A DNA stretch of 64,000 nt. Source: Rhizodiscina lignyota (lineage: Eukaryota). Shown one piece after another: positions 27,167 through 37,845 of the stretch (positions are counted from its first letter, which is position 1; each line of letters opens with the position of its first letter). The position numbers were made by a program, and so were the translations under genes. The notes beneath the pieces were generated by a model. The model was not told the origin of the DNA, searched no databases, and saw only the letters and a program-made list of their open reading frames with translations. The stretch is taken from NCBI GenBank assembly GCA_010015805.1, contig ML978125.1:2108001-2172000 (forward strand). Reading direction: 5' to 3'.

Positions 27167-28499
27167 GTCGTTCGCAAAGAAGAATGGGTGAGGAGAAAAG
27201 GGGAAGTGTTCTCGCGCTGCGAGTTTGGTGCAAGTCCTCGAAGGTTGAAGAAGAAGACCTCATCAGCGAAGGTTGGTGTATTTGGCGAGATGTGAGGTTG
27301 TTGTTATTCGAAGGTGTTCGAAGGTACGGAGTTAAAGGTGCAACCTAATGTTCAATAGAAAAGCGGCGGGCTCGAGGGGTCCGTGCCACATGCATGCCAA
27401 GCTTTAAGCTATTAGCGCCTTGGCGGCACTGCTAGTGACACTAAACACTCATGTACACTCACGTGCCCTGATTCAGCACCCGCACCACATTGAGAGTGAA
27501 TGGAAGCTTTGATAGAGAGTGAAACTCTCCTCTCGTTCGCTGAGATATATCTTCCTGTAAATTCTATTACATATGCATCTGACTTACTTAACGGTCACGT
27601 GGCCTCTCTGAATGAACCGTCATCGTCTCTGCGAAAGTTTGCTCGATGAGCACATAGGGCACTTATCGCTTTCATTGGACACCGTCTTGCACTGCAACCT
27701 TAAACTTAAGTCTTTTGAATGAATAAACTTCTGCACAATCGCATTCTGGGTTAGCTTAGTCCTCCCATATCCATTCTAGAATTATTCTATGCTGTGCACT
27801 ATACGTATTGAATCGCGCCTATTCCCTGCGTCGCTCCGAAGGTGCATGTCACTTTGGCCATTCTGATATTGATACAAGATTACAAAAGCAAGTACTAATA
27901 CACACCAAAAATCCTAGCTACGACCACTACGGTCTCGCTTCTTCGTGGACCCAGCAGACACTTCAAACTTAGTAGCTCTCCACGGTCGTTGCCGCCATCT
28001 CAGGGAGTACCGCCGTCCGAAGATTATAAAAACGAACTGTATCTTCCAATTAAACGGTATTCTAACGACTCCTGCGGCAACAACAAAATGCGAGAACACT
28101 TCCAATATCTGTCCTTGCCTACGCGCGAACATTCCCGACCGTGCAGGCTTCTTCCAATCTGGCCCGCTTGATGACGACGTAGACTGTTGAGGTTCGAGAT
28201 GAGAAGTACGAGATAAGGGATATCTTCGGCGACATTCCAGTCGTATCCTTGATCGTTGAACAATCTCCGCCGGCTCTAGAACATGACTTTGCAATATTAA
28301 TAGAATGGATGCTCAGGATATGCTGGCCGTCATGGAGTTGAGAGTGCAACCATAACAACATCGAAGTTCAGCGGCCGCTCCCCTCCAGGACGACCAGCTC
28401 ATGTGACCAGTGTATCGGTAGCTGTACATGTGGCTGTTGTGCATATTCCGTGGCAGATGACTTAGGGAACCAAAGAGACACGAGTCTCATCCAAAAGTC

Positions 28500-29747
28500 T
28501 CAAAATTCATCTTGTAGCCCTTTCGGCCGTAGTTTGTCTGGTGGGTCCAACGATATGGTCTCTGCTAGCTTTTGTAAAAAGAGGTCCTTGATTGCTAGAT
28601 GTGCAGGGGGCTTAGGATGAAACGGCCGCACGAACTCTCCATATTCGAGCAGACCACCGCATTTGCGGCAAAAGTACGGCCAACGCTTTTCATCCAGACC
28701 TAGCTCGTGCAGGGAGGGGTCGTCGCTCTCCATGATTGGTATACAACCAGGCCACTCCAGATTGTACAACCAGCTCTTTTCATTCTGCTGCTGCAGGGTA
28801 CCATTTAGGGTCGGCTCGCAAAATCGGCGTCCATCAAACAAGTGGTCGATATCGATGTATTGCACTTGGTCGCCAAACAGAGGTCCGTTCAAGAGTCGGT
28901 CATATAATTCTCTACCAGCGTGGATGACGTTGTTGATCTCCTTCCGCAGCGCTTTCTTCAGTAGAGGCTTCTTGCCTGGCCAGACTCCAAAAGACCACTG
29001 ATCGCAAGCCTTATCCTCCTCATTGAATAGGCTTGCGTAACCCAGGACGTACAGCTTGAACGATGGATTTCTAGCGATACGCGGCTCGGTCAGGATTAAT
29101 GCAATGGACCGCAGCACACCCTCGATGAACCACTGCGCGCGCACGTTCTCATTACAGCGCTGCACCGCCTTGTAGCACTCGCCCTCGGGGTCTGGATATT
29201 CCGGGCCATAATCCTTAGAGCGTTCGGGCCAGAAAATACAGTTGAACAACAGATCAGGGAAGCCACCAGGATTCCCGCCGATCATGAGAGTTGCGAAATC
29301 AGGCGGGTGGGTGTCGTTTAGCTGTGCCAACTGCTCAGGGATGGCGTCGAAGTAGGACGCGTGGCAGGCCACGAAGTCCAGATCGATCTGTCTGCCATGG
29401 GTCCATTCAGGGGCCATAGAGTGGTTCGTCATATTGTTTATGTCGTCCCGAAGTTGAACTGGCCATGCTTCGTTCACACGGCGGCATCGGCATGTTTCTG
29501 TGCCATTTGGATAGTCGTACTCGAGCTCCTGATCAGCGGGTCCATAGTTCACTCCGGAAGACCACGAATCCCCGAAAGCAGCATATCGGATGAACCTGGA
29601 CGTGTAGTTGTCAGCCTTATCAGGCTCTTTCCGGCTGATTTCGAGCTGTAGTGATTCTTGGAAGCGTTGATACGCGCTGTTGGAGTCGGCGCGGTTGACC
29701 AATAAAGCTAGGCTGAAAGCCAAGCATAGGGAGAGAATGGAGCGCAT
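28500..29747 (-). CDS. Secreted SGNH/GDSL hydrolase (SEST-like esterase/lipase), intronless, 415 aa
   Basis: Signal peptide MRSILSLCLAFSLALLVNRA; block I YAAFGDSWSSG; block III TLMIGGN; block V RPFHPK; multiple cysteines. Confidence 0.88.
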   Translation of the reverse strand: MRSILSLCLAFSLALLVNRADSNSAYQRFQESLQLEISRKEPDKADNYTSRFIRYAAFGDSWSSGVNYGPADQELEYDYPNGTETCRCRRVNEAWPVQLRDDINNMTNHSMAPEWTHGRQIDLDFVACHASYFDAIPEQLAQLNDTHPPDFATLMIGGNPGGFPDLLFNCIFWPERSKDYGPEYPDPEGECYKAVQRCNENVRAQWFIEGVLRSIALILTEPRIARNPSFKLYVLGYASLFNEEDKACDQWSFGVWPGKKPLLKKALRKEINNVIHAGRELYDRLLNGPLFGDQVQYIDIDHLFDGRRFCEPTLNGTLQQQNEKSWLYNLEWPGCIPIMESDDPSLHELGLDEKRWPYFCRKCGGLLEYGEFVRPFHPKPPAHLAIKDLFLQKLAETISLDPPDKLRPKGLQDEF

Positions 29748-30444
29748 AATGCGAGGGAGCTACTGCAGAGAAACGAAGCAAATGCAAGGCAAAGAGCAAA
29801 GGCTAATATACATGACCCAGAAGCACAAATAGATGGAAAGGATGATGTGAGAGATGGTCTTGTGGTGGTGATCGTGTGAGTGCTCTCTATTGTTGCCTGC
29901 TCATTGTCCATTCGATGCGCAGCTGTGCCCCCACGTGTCTCGCCTTGACCCCGGCCGTCCATTCTTTGGACGTCGTCTCATCGTCGTTCAAGTCGGAAAG
30001 GTCTCGAAAGCAGCCAGAACCTGCGAATTTCAGCCCAAAATTGGAGAACGAGATTATCCAGAGCATTTGAGACCCTATCGGGGCTTCGACGAGGACCGTT
30101 CCGCTGCTCGACCTTGACATTCGTCGGCCAAAGACGAGCAGGATGTCGGTCCGTCCGTGAGCTCTTGTCTCCTTAATTTTGAAGAGGTTTCTTTTGATCT
30201 GTTGAAGGTGATGGAGTTTGTCCACTGACGGAAGTACCCGCCCGGTGATGCGTGAGGAAGGTGTGGCTCTTCACGCAACTATGTATGTGCGTTGATATAT
30301 CCGCGTCAGAGAGACGTCACGGAAGGACGCAATTAAAGTTAAGCATATTTGAGCGAATACATCCACGACAATAATATAGCCGTAGTATGTCTATTTTGTG
30401 TATACCAACTGCAAACCTCGTCATATAACTATCCGTGCTTCCTC

Positions 30445-32862
30445 TCAACCAATCTTCCTCCGCTTTCCCGCCGCCACGCTCCCATCGCCAGCCAACTCAT
30501 CTGCATCTGGATCTTCAGACTCCCCTGTCCTCCTCACAACCGTGGCGGGTGCCATCTCCGCCGTCCTCTCGGCGCTCCGCCAGTTACTGACGCTCTTCTG
30601 AACCTCTTCGAACATCTCCTTTGCGTCCTGCACAACCGGGTCGTTCCCAATGTTGTACATCGCCGCATTCGCAAACACGCGAGTGATCTCCTTCTCGAGC
30701 TGCGATGAGTTGACGATCGCTTTCGGAGGCACCAATTCCGCAGTCACTGGGAGGAGCACATGGCCACCAGAACCGCCTGCAGGACTATTATGTGACGGTG
30801 TCGCATCTGATACTGCAGCCGTTACGGTCTTCTGGCCGTTTGCGATCGCAGTTTTGATAGACTTGAAGTCTTGCGGGCGCAAAATTATGTCGTAGTAATT
30901 CGGAGCGTCTCGTTCCTTGACTGGGTTGCTGAAGAGTGATGCATGTTTGTGAGAGAGAATGTCGTTCATCACAGGATTGCATGTTCGGACAAAATTCTTC
31001 GACACTAGAACGTGCGTTGGGAGCGGTGTTGGTGCTGGGAGTGGTTCTTCGGAGACGTTGCTCGGCTCCGATGTTCCTCGTACGCTTCGTCGCCGCTTGC
31101 GAGAAGTCGTCTGTAGCTGGTGTGCCACTGCTCTTCGGCCTCGCTGTAACGCCGTGGTGGGGCTTGCTTCGATTGTCGCTGAGACTTCGTCGTGCATATC
31201 TGCAGGAGTACTTGGCTCAGGTTTGACTCTTCGTCCGCTGACACTGACAGACTCGTTGTCGATGGACATGCGTGACGTGACAGATACACTCCTGGTACGG
31301 CCTCTGTTCGACCCCGTCACGGCAGAAGATGCAACGCTACCTCCTCTTCCTCTCCTACCGTGTGTTCGAGTGGCACGTGTATGCCGGACATCTGATTCCG
31401 GTGCGGTGAGCTGGCTGCCTTCAGCACTTGGAGTTGGCATTTGGTTTCGCTTATGTTTCTCTTTCACCGTTTGAGATTTTGGCAAAGAGGACGGTGGAGG
31501 GCTCAGCGGGCTGACCTCGCGCTCAGGACGTGATGGCAAAGCAGCAGGCACTTCCTCCTTTTCCAGCTTCCACCGTGTGGGTTGGCCTCCTGGTTTTCGC
31601 AAAGGTCGTGCAAGTCCTCTAAGAACATCTTGAATGATTGGCGAAGATACAAGAAGAGGCCGAGGTGCGGGAATGACCCTGCCATCAGGCTGCTGTATGA
31701 ATTGAGGTGGAAGCTGGCCTGGGCCTGGACCAAAGGGAGGCTGCTGAGGATGTGGAGGCAGTTGCGCTATGGGCCTTGAGGGTGGTACGACCTGGAATGG
31801 CGGCAGTTCAACCCCACCAACGGGCGGAACCCGGCGTTGAACGGGTTGTGTTTGGGGTGGTCTTCCGTATGGTGGTACTGGGGAAACAGAGCTGTAGCTG
31901 TGGACGGGAGGCGCTGAGGCTGGACTTTGGTATCCAGCTGGATCGTTCTGTCTCGGAGCATATGGAGTTACAGGAAGACTGGGATGAGGTGACTGTTGCT
32001 GTCGTGGTGAAGGGATCGTAGGTGGAGGCTGCGGGCTCGTCGAATTTGGCGGTGGCTGAGGGTGTGGAGAGGCATATGGTGACTGATGCGCGGGCTGATG
32101 TGGTGCAGAAGCGATCTGAGGGGCCAGTCGTTGTGTGCTTGGAGGAGGTTGCATAGATGCAGTGCCCTGGAGTTGTGACCCTGGAGTTTGTTGCGACGCA
32201 GGATCAATCGTCAATTCTGGAACTTGGCTATTGCTAGACCGTAAAGGCGTGGTCTCAGCTGGCCTCTTTCCTTCCTTGGATAACCCAGCTTCGCCTTGTG
32301 TGTGCGCGCCATTCTGTTGCCCATTCGAAAGCGGAGTCTTGCTGAGCAAATAGTCCCACTGCCCCTTTGAGATCTCTTTCTTTAACCGATCGTCCCACTG
32401 GCCAGCTTCAATCTCTCTGACCTCCTTCTGGAGCTCATCGTAGCGACGCTCTTGCTCGCGGATCTCGCGTATCTGGGACGAACGATATCGAGAGTAGAGC
32501 TTGTTGATCAATTGCGGTATGAGGTGCGAATGCTGCGAAGCCTCTTGGACTGTTGGCAAGATGGGACTGGCAGCCTTGCGCTTTTTCGACCCTGGAGTGG
32601 CGTCGCCATTCTGAAGGCCATCCTGCACACCATTTGGTGTTTCCACTTCACGCTTGGCCTCCTCTTTCAAGAGTCGCAGGTAGAAGTTGCTCAAGGCATC
32701 GGCGCTCAGTCGACCGCTGTCAAACTTTGGATCCTCTCGAATGTTCTGGTTGTGAATAAGCAGATCCGAGACTTTTCGAAACGATGCATGGTCGACACCA
32801 TGCACAGAGAGCGCGTGGAAGAGAAGCAACGACTCGAGTGGCGTATAGGCCTGGCTGCTCAT
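30445..32862 (-). CDS. Bromodomain-containing protein, BRD8/Bdc1-like (probable NuA4/Tip60-type complex subunit), 805 aa
   Basis: N-terminal YTPLESLLLF...NFYLRLLKEE and coiled coil IREQERRYDELQKEVREIEAGQWD; Pro-rich middle; C-terminal bromodomain HASLFSNPVKERDAPNYYDIILRPQDF...LEKEITRVFANAAMYN. Confidence 0.8.
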   Translation of the reverse strand: MSSQAYTPLESLLLFHALSVHGVDHASFRKVSDLLIHNQNIREDPKFDSGRLSADALSNFYLRLLKEEAKREVETPNGVQDGLQNGDATPGSKKRKAASPILPTVQEASQHSHLIPQLINKLYSRYRSSQIREIREQERRYDELQKEVREIEAGQWDDRLKKEISKGQWDYLLSKTPLSNGQQNGAHTQGEAGLSKEGKRPAETTPLRSSNSQVPELTIDPASQQTPGSQLQGTASMQPPPSTQRLAPQIASAPHQPAHQSPYASPHPQPPPNSTSPQPPPTIPSPRQQQSPHPSLPVTPYAPRQNDPAGYQSPASAPPVHSYSSVSPVPPYGRPPQTQPVQRRVPPVGGVELPPFQVVPPSRPIAQLPPHPQQPPFGPGPGQLPPQFIQQPDGRVIPAPRPLLVSSPIIQDVLRGLARPLRKPGGQPTRWKLEKEEVPAALPSRPEREVSPLSPPPSSLPKSQTVKEKHKRNQMPTPSAEGSQLTAPESDVRHTRATRTHGRRGRGGSVASSAVTGSNRGRTRSVSVTSRMSIDNESVSVSGRRVKPEPSTPADMHDEVSATIEASPTTALQRGRRAVAHQLQTTSRKRRRSVRGTSEPSNVSEEPLPAPTPLPTHVLVSKNFVRTCNPVMNDILSHKHASLFSNPVKERDAPNYYDIILRPQDFKSIKTAIANGQKTVTAAVSDATPSHNSPAGGSGGHVLLPVTAELVPPKAIVNSSQLEKEITRVFANAAMYNIGNDPVVQDAKEMFEEVQKSVSNWRSAERTAEMAPATVVRRTGESEDPDADELAGDGSVAAGKRRKIG

Positions 32863-33540
32863 CTCAATCCCCCAATCCCTTGGGAATGACGGGGGTTGCT
32901 GAGCGCGAAGAAAAGTGATGGGTGCCAGAGCGGCAATCTAAATGCATGATAAGAGTGAGTGAGGGGCGTCGGCAGAGTTTTGAGATGGACTGACGATGGG
33001 TTTGATGTGAACACTTGACGATGGTTGGATTTTGCGCGCCCGAGAGTGTTCAGGCGACCGCCGCACTAACTGCGGGTGCCGCGCCGTGGGCACCTCGTAC
33101 CTAGTCTGCAAGGCAAATGTTGGCAGCTCCAGCGCGCCTGCCTCATCACTCTCACACCACGGATGAACGTCAAGCTCGATCGCCGCTCCTGGATGCTAGT
33201 AAAAAGGCGAATACTATGAGGATCTATTGCGTATTTGGTCGTAACCCCCGTAGCGACGAGATTATCGTTAAATGAAGCTAGGCGGTTTTGGGTGCCTTCG
33301 TCTGTGCCCCATGGACCCCCTTATGAGCTCCCAAGAACAAAGGAGGGAGCAGTCGAAAGCGTGCTGCTACGATAACTTCGAGCATGATCTTAACAAGCTC
33401 CGCCATCTCCAAAAGCGAAGCTGCAATCTAACTGCTTGATCGCTTTGCCTTGTGGCACGTGCTCCAGCATCCTTGGTGGCTTGACGATCAGCCCCTTTGT
33501 TGTTACCTTATTACTTCTTGACCTTCTTCCACTTCTCAAG

Positions 33541-33571
33541 CTTCAACTGCTTCAACTGCTTCAACTGCTTC
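33541..33571 (+). repeat. 9-bp tandem repeat (CTTCAACTG)x3 plus CTTC
   Basis: cttcaactg cttcaactg cttcaactg cttc, upstream of the gene starting at 33685. Confidence 0.85.
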
Positions 33572-33684
33572 CCACTTCGTCGCAGCAAGCCGAACCGTCG
33601 AGGTCCATCTCTGCCACTCCGGTCATATCGACTGCTGTTCGCATCGACATCCCTTTGGCCGGCTCTCTGCCGGAACCTTTCAAC

Positions 33685-34226
33685 ATGTCTGGCATTCAAG
33701 AGTTTGACGCCCGCTCCGACAGACCTCTTTCTGTCATGGCCGCCGACTTCTCCGCTGCCCTCGATTCCATATTCGACACAGATGATAGCCTTTTCTCCCT
33801 CAGTGTCGATCTACAGCAAAAGTTTGTGTTTCTCAAACGTCTACTCGCGTCAATCACGTGACTAACATAGGTGTTTTCAGGAAAGAGTTAATCGACAACC
33901 AGAGTAAAGAATTGGAGGCCTTGGAAACCAAAATCAAAGATGCCGAGAATCGTCTGAAGAGAGTCAAGAGGCAGTCGCAGGGCGTCAACATCTTGGAAGA
34001 GTCTTCATCTGACTCCGCACCTGGGTTGGGCCAGACACAGCCACCTGCAAACGAATCACCCAGCAATTCGAGAACAGCTCCTTCTCAGCCAGCTGCCCGT
34101 GCTACGTTTAACAAAGGCCTCGCGGCCCCTTCTCAACTCGACCGACCGCACTCGAGCGTCGGGAATCAGTACACGCTGGTCGATCGTACTGACCAGCGAC
34201 GCCCAGCAACTTCTCAGCGCGCCTGA
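33685..34226 (+). CDS. Small hypothetical coiled-coil protein (exons 33685-33821, 33881-34226)
   Basis: MSGIQEFDARSDRPLSVMAADFSAALDSIF...LQQK|KELIDNQSKELEALETKIKDAENRLKR; GT...ACTAAC...CAG intron joins two ORFs in frame. Confidence 0.75.
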
Positions 34227-34689
34227 TCCCTCAGTCTTTGGTTGTTTGTATCTCATCTGGCATCTCTATTGTTTGCATTGTTTAGAGCGTCTGAGACTCC
34301 TGTTTGAGTGCAGCATTTACTGTTTTGGTGTGGTGAGAGCTATTCCCAGCGCGTTTTCGAGGCTCCCGTGGACCTACATCCGTGTCTAGAACATTGGTTT
34401 TCAATGCATTAGGTCTGCTGTTTCAAGCTCATCATCATCAAAGAACTCTTGAAGTGAACTGGCTCCTAACTTCCACTGAATCGAAAGGATGAATATTAAT
34501 TGAATCAGCGTTAATTACAGAATTCTGTGAGCAGGAATATGCAGAATCGTACCTTGGACGACTTACCGGTACGACCTACACCGGCGCCTCTTTAATCCAC
34601 CTTTTCTGACTTGGCCGCCCGTCATTCTAGAGCCGTATGCTTCAAATGTCTTTTGTTTCGAGCAATATCTACCTTCCATACCGTATATT

Positions 34690-35964
34690 TTACTCATTCC
34701 AGAACACCTTTCCTTCCATAATCCTTCTTGCTGTTCGAAACACTGTCGCTGATTCGATATCCCCCTTCTCATCCACCTGCGCATTTACCTGGATTCTTCC
34801 GCTCGAGTGGCCAATCGTAATCATATCATCGTCAACCAATGGCGCTTTCAAGCACTGCTGAACGACAGTCCCCTCGGTCTTCGCCGCTGCCGCCGTACAT
34901 AGCGCCCCTGTTAACGGAATCGCCCGATGCGGCTGTGTGTCTGAAATAAACCGCACCACCAGGTCAAGCTCCGACCCCGGCACCGTCTTTCCAGAGAGCA
35001 CTTTCTGATCTCCTCGCGGCGCAACGATCGCTACTTTTGGTATGGTTCGTGGGCACGACTCAATGTCCTTAGCGACGCCCATTTTGACGGCACCGTGATG
35101 TCTTATATCGTCCAGTAGTGCCAGCTTGTCGGGCAGCTTGAGGAAGTCGTTTGGCAGGATTGTTGGGTCCACGCCCAGATCTTCCGCGCGCACGAAGATG
35201 GCGGGATTTGCTGCATCTACGCAGCTGACTTCGAAGCCAAGTATAGTATCAATAGCATTTCCTGTTGGGAGCAGCTTGCCCGTCTTTGAACCACCTGGCT
35301 TCAGAAAATCTAACTGGATCCTGGCGCCACTTCCTCCTACCCCGTCGATAGTGAAATCACCCTGTACGGCGGCTTCACCATCAACCGTTTGAAACGTATT
35401 TCGGATAATAACACCGGTGTTCGTATTATGGATACGGACTTCCGCTGTCCCATTGCTCTCATACTTCTTCGTGCCCAACAGACCCTGATTGAGCGCGTAA
35501 GGGCCAATTGCAGAGCTCATGTTTCCGCAGTTGCCAGTGAAATCGACCTCGTCCCTTTCAATCCCCATGGCGACGAACGTATAGTCCACATCTGCTTCAG
35601 GATGGTTACTTGGCCCAACAATGCAGATCTTGGACAGGCTGGAGACGCCGCCTCCCATGCCGTCGAGTTGGCGTCCATTGGGATCCGGTGAGCCTATTAC
35701 TTGGAGGAAGATTTTGCCCCACTGTGAACGATCTTTTGGTAGGTCTTTCGGCTGGAAGATCACGGCTCGAGACGTGCCGCCGCGATAGTAGGATGCGTTT
35801 GCTGAGCGCTGCTTTGACATTGTCGAGACGCTTTGATGACGGATGAAACCTTGGGTTAAGGGATTAGAGTGCTTGTATTGGAGACTCTTATAATAATACT
35901 GAGAGCGTATTCCGGCTACTCGGTTAAGATTCCGAGAGATGGATGAGATGCGACCCGGAGTCAT
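34690..35964 (-). CDS. PrpF family (DUF453; methylaconitate/methylitaconate isomerase-like) protein
   Basis: YYRGGTSRAVIF, GSPDPNGRQLDGMGGGVSSLSK, GNCGNMSSAIGP, KLLPTGN, SCVDAANP, RTARRIMEG. Confidence 0.92.
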   Translation of the reverse strand: MTPGRISSISRNLNRVAGIRSQYYYKSLQYKHSNPLTQGFIRHQSVSTMSKQRSANASYYRGGTSRAVIFQPKDLPKDRSQWGKIFLQVIGSPDPNGRQLDGMGGGVSSLSKICIVGPSNHPEADVDYTFVAMGIERDEVDFTGNCGNMSSAIGPYALNQGLLGTKKYESNGTAEVRIHNTNTGVIIRNTFQTVDGEAAVQGDFTIDGVGGSGARIQLDFLKPGGSKTGKLLPTGNAIDTILGFEVSCVDAANPAIFVRAEDLGVDPTILPNDFLKLPDKLALLDDIRHHGAVKMGVAKDIESCPRTIPKVAIVAPRGDQKVLSGKTVPGSELDLVVRFISDTQPHRAIPLTGALCTAAAAKTEGTVVQQCLKAPLVDDDMITIGHSSGRIQVNAQVDEKGDIESATVFRTARRIMEGKVFWNE

Positions 35965-36159
35965 GTGCAGACGGAAGTGACTTTAGTAAAAGCGGCCTTT
36001 CAATTGACTGACGTCAAATAAGAAATGAATGCTTGAAAGAGTATTCATAAGCGACACTGCGGACTATAATGAACTCTCTAAAAGGCATACTCGGAGGAGA
36101 CAAAATGTCAGTCAAGGTCAGGGAGGATGATCATACATAAGTATTCCAATATATCCCCG

Positions 36160-36393
36160 CAAGTGGGTCACAAAATAGTTGAGTTGTGGCTGCAGTAATA
36201 GAACCGCGGGGATGTATATACTCGATAGTTAACACAGCCCATATACCCTGAAGCCAAGTATTTTAGATAAATAAACTCTTGTATATATTTAATCGACCTT
36301 TCGGAGACACTCTCGTCAGTACTGAAGAAGAAACCCCGCTTTTGCTGTATATATTCAAACTTCATGGGACTCAACTATTTTGTCACCCTCGTG
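36160..36393 (-). mobile_element. MITE copy 2 (234 bp, subfamily a, inverted relative to copy 1)
   Basis: Ends CAAGTGGGTCACAAAATAGTTGAG ... CTCAACTATTTTGTCACCCTCGTG; perfect 5-bp TSD CCCCG (36155-36159 and 36394-36398). Confidence 0.93.
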
Positions 36394-36513
36394 CCCCGGC
36401 TTGCCGGTCTTGGCACGCCAACGAATCGGGATGGTGGTCCGAGCTCATCGACTTTTTGACGCCTCTCCGAGAAATTTTGGAGCCACTTTACATCTTCAAT
36501 CCACACTATAGCA

Positions 36514-37348
36514 ATGCTCCAACGAACATTATTACGGAGCTCAAGAGCCCTGCGCTCTGCTCCTCGATTAACTACACCCTCCTCCGCCATCCGACAACCT
36601 CTCTCCTCCCTGCAGCCATACCGACTACGGCCATTATCTGCTTCGACCAGATGGTACTCCGAAGCATCGGCGCAACAATCCAAACCTGAGCAGCCATCAA
36701 CGGAGAATGCCGCGAAGAAAGAGAGTGAGGAGAAAGGCCCTTCTGCAGAGGAGCTGCTGAAGAAAGAGCTGGAGGCGAAGAACAAGGAGATCGTAGATTT
36801 GAAGGTACGTGTAACTCATGGCACGCGACCTCGCCATATCCACCATAACCACATTGCACCAATATTCGCCAAATATACAGATACTAACAAGCCTTCAGGA
36901 TAAATATCTCCGTAGTATCGCCGATTTCCGTAACCTCCAAGAGCGCACTAAGCGCGAAGTGCAGGCGGCAAAGGACTTCGCCCTACAGCGCTTCGCAAAA
37001 GACCTCGTCGACAGCGTCGACAATCTCGATCGCGCGCTCTCCACTGTTCCTCCCGAGAAGTTGAGCGCCACAGCGGTGGCAGAAGTCAATAAAGACCTTG
37101 TCACTCTGTATGACGGCTTGAAAATGACCGAGACGATTCTGATGCAGACGCTGAAGAAGCACGGGTTGGAGCGATTCGATCCAGCAGAGCAGGCTGAAAA
37201 GTTTGATCCGAATGTACACGAGGCGACATTTATGACGCCGCAGCCTGATAAGGAGGATGGGACGGTTTTCCACACCCAACAGAAAGGGTTCTTGCTTAAT
37301 GGACGGGTGTTGAGGGCGGCAAAAGTGGGCGTTGTAAAGAACTCGTAA
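36514..37348 (+). CDS. MGE1: Mitochondrial GrpE nucleotide exchange factor (exons 36514-36805, 36899-37348)
   Basis: Arg-rich presequence MLQRTLLRSSRALRS...TRWYS; KDKYLRSIADFRNLQERTKRE, FAKDLVDSVDNLDRAL, FDPNVHEATF, GFLLNGRVLRAAKVGV. Confidence 0.95.
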
Positions 37349-37845
37349 CCGTAACAGCATGGTTAGATGTTCAGGGAGCACTTCTGGTGTTGGCTGTTTT
37401 GGTCGGCACTTGGCACACGATGATATGGTGCATCAGAGCAGCGGCGTCTGGCTAGACATATTGTATATATTCCCCTCTCTTCAAGCTGTACTGATGTAGG
37501 ACAAGCATACTGTGTGTATTGAAGGCGTCACTGTATCATAGACAAATGCGATATCGCATTTCTTTAACGCATTTCTATCTTACAACGATGTTCCATGCGC
37601 CGTCCAATGCAAGTGTCCGAGGCTGTTATACAGTGTCTGAACCGCTCCGGCTCACAACGCCCATCCAACGCCATTCGATGCTGTTCCGCTCTGAAATGGC
37701 AAATTACACAGGCCGCAAGGTTTGTCGGCGTAAAGGTAGTCCGTTTCGAACGCAGATGTGTCTTGTTCACTGGAAGACACCGCCGCAGTAATGAATCTGT
37801 TCTTACTTGTTGTGTAACAAGTGAGTCCATCCGGTTACGGCTTCA

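Noticed and set aside
26522..27295. Long antisense ORFs over TAF1 (and similar ones at 38264-39034, 23999-24733, 13756-14461)
   Set aside because: Shadow ORFs expected opposite GC-rich, codon-biased genes.
36168..36374. 68-codon ORF spanning MITE 2
   Set aside because: Not preserved in the other copies and has no transposase motif.
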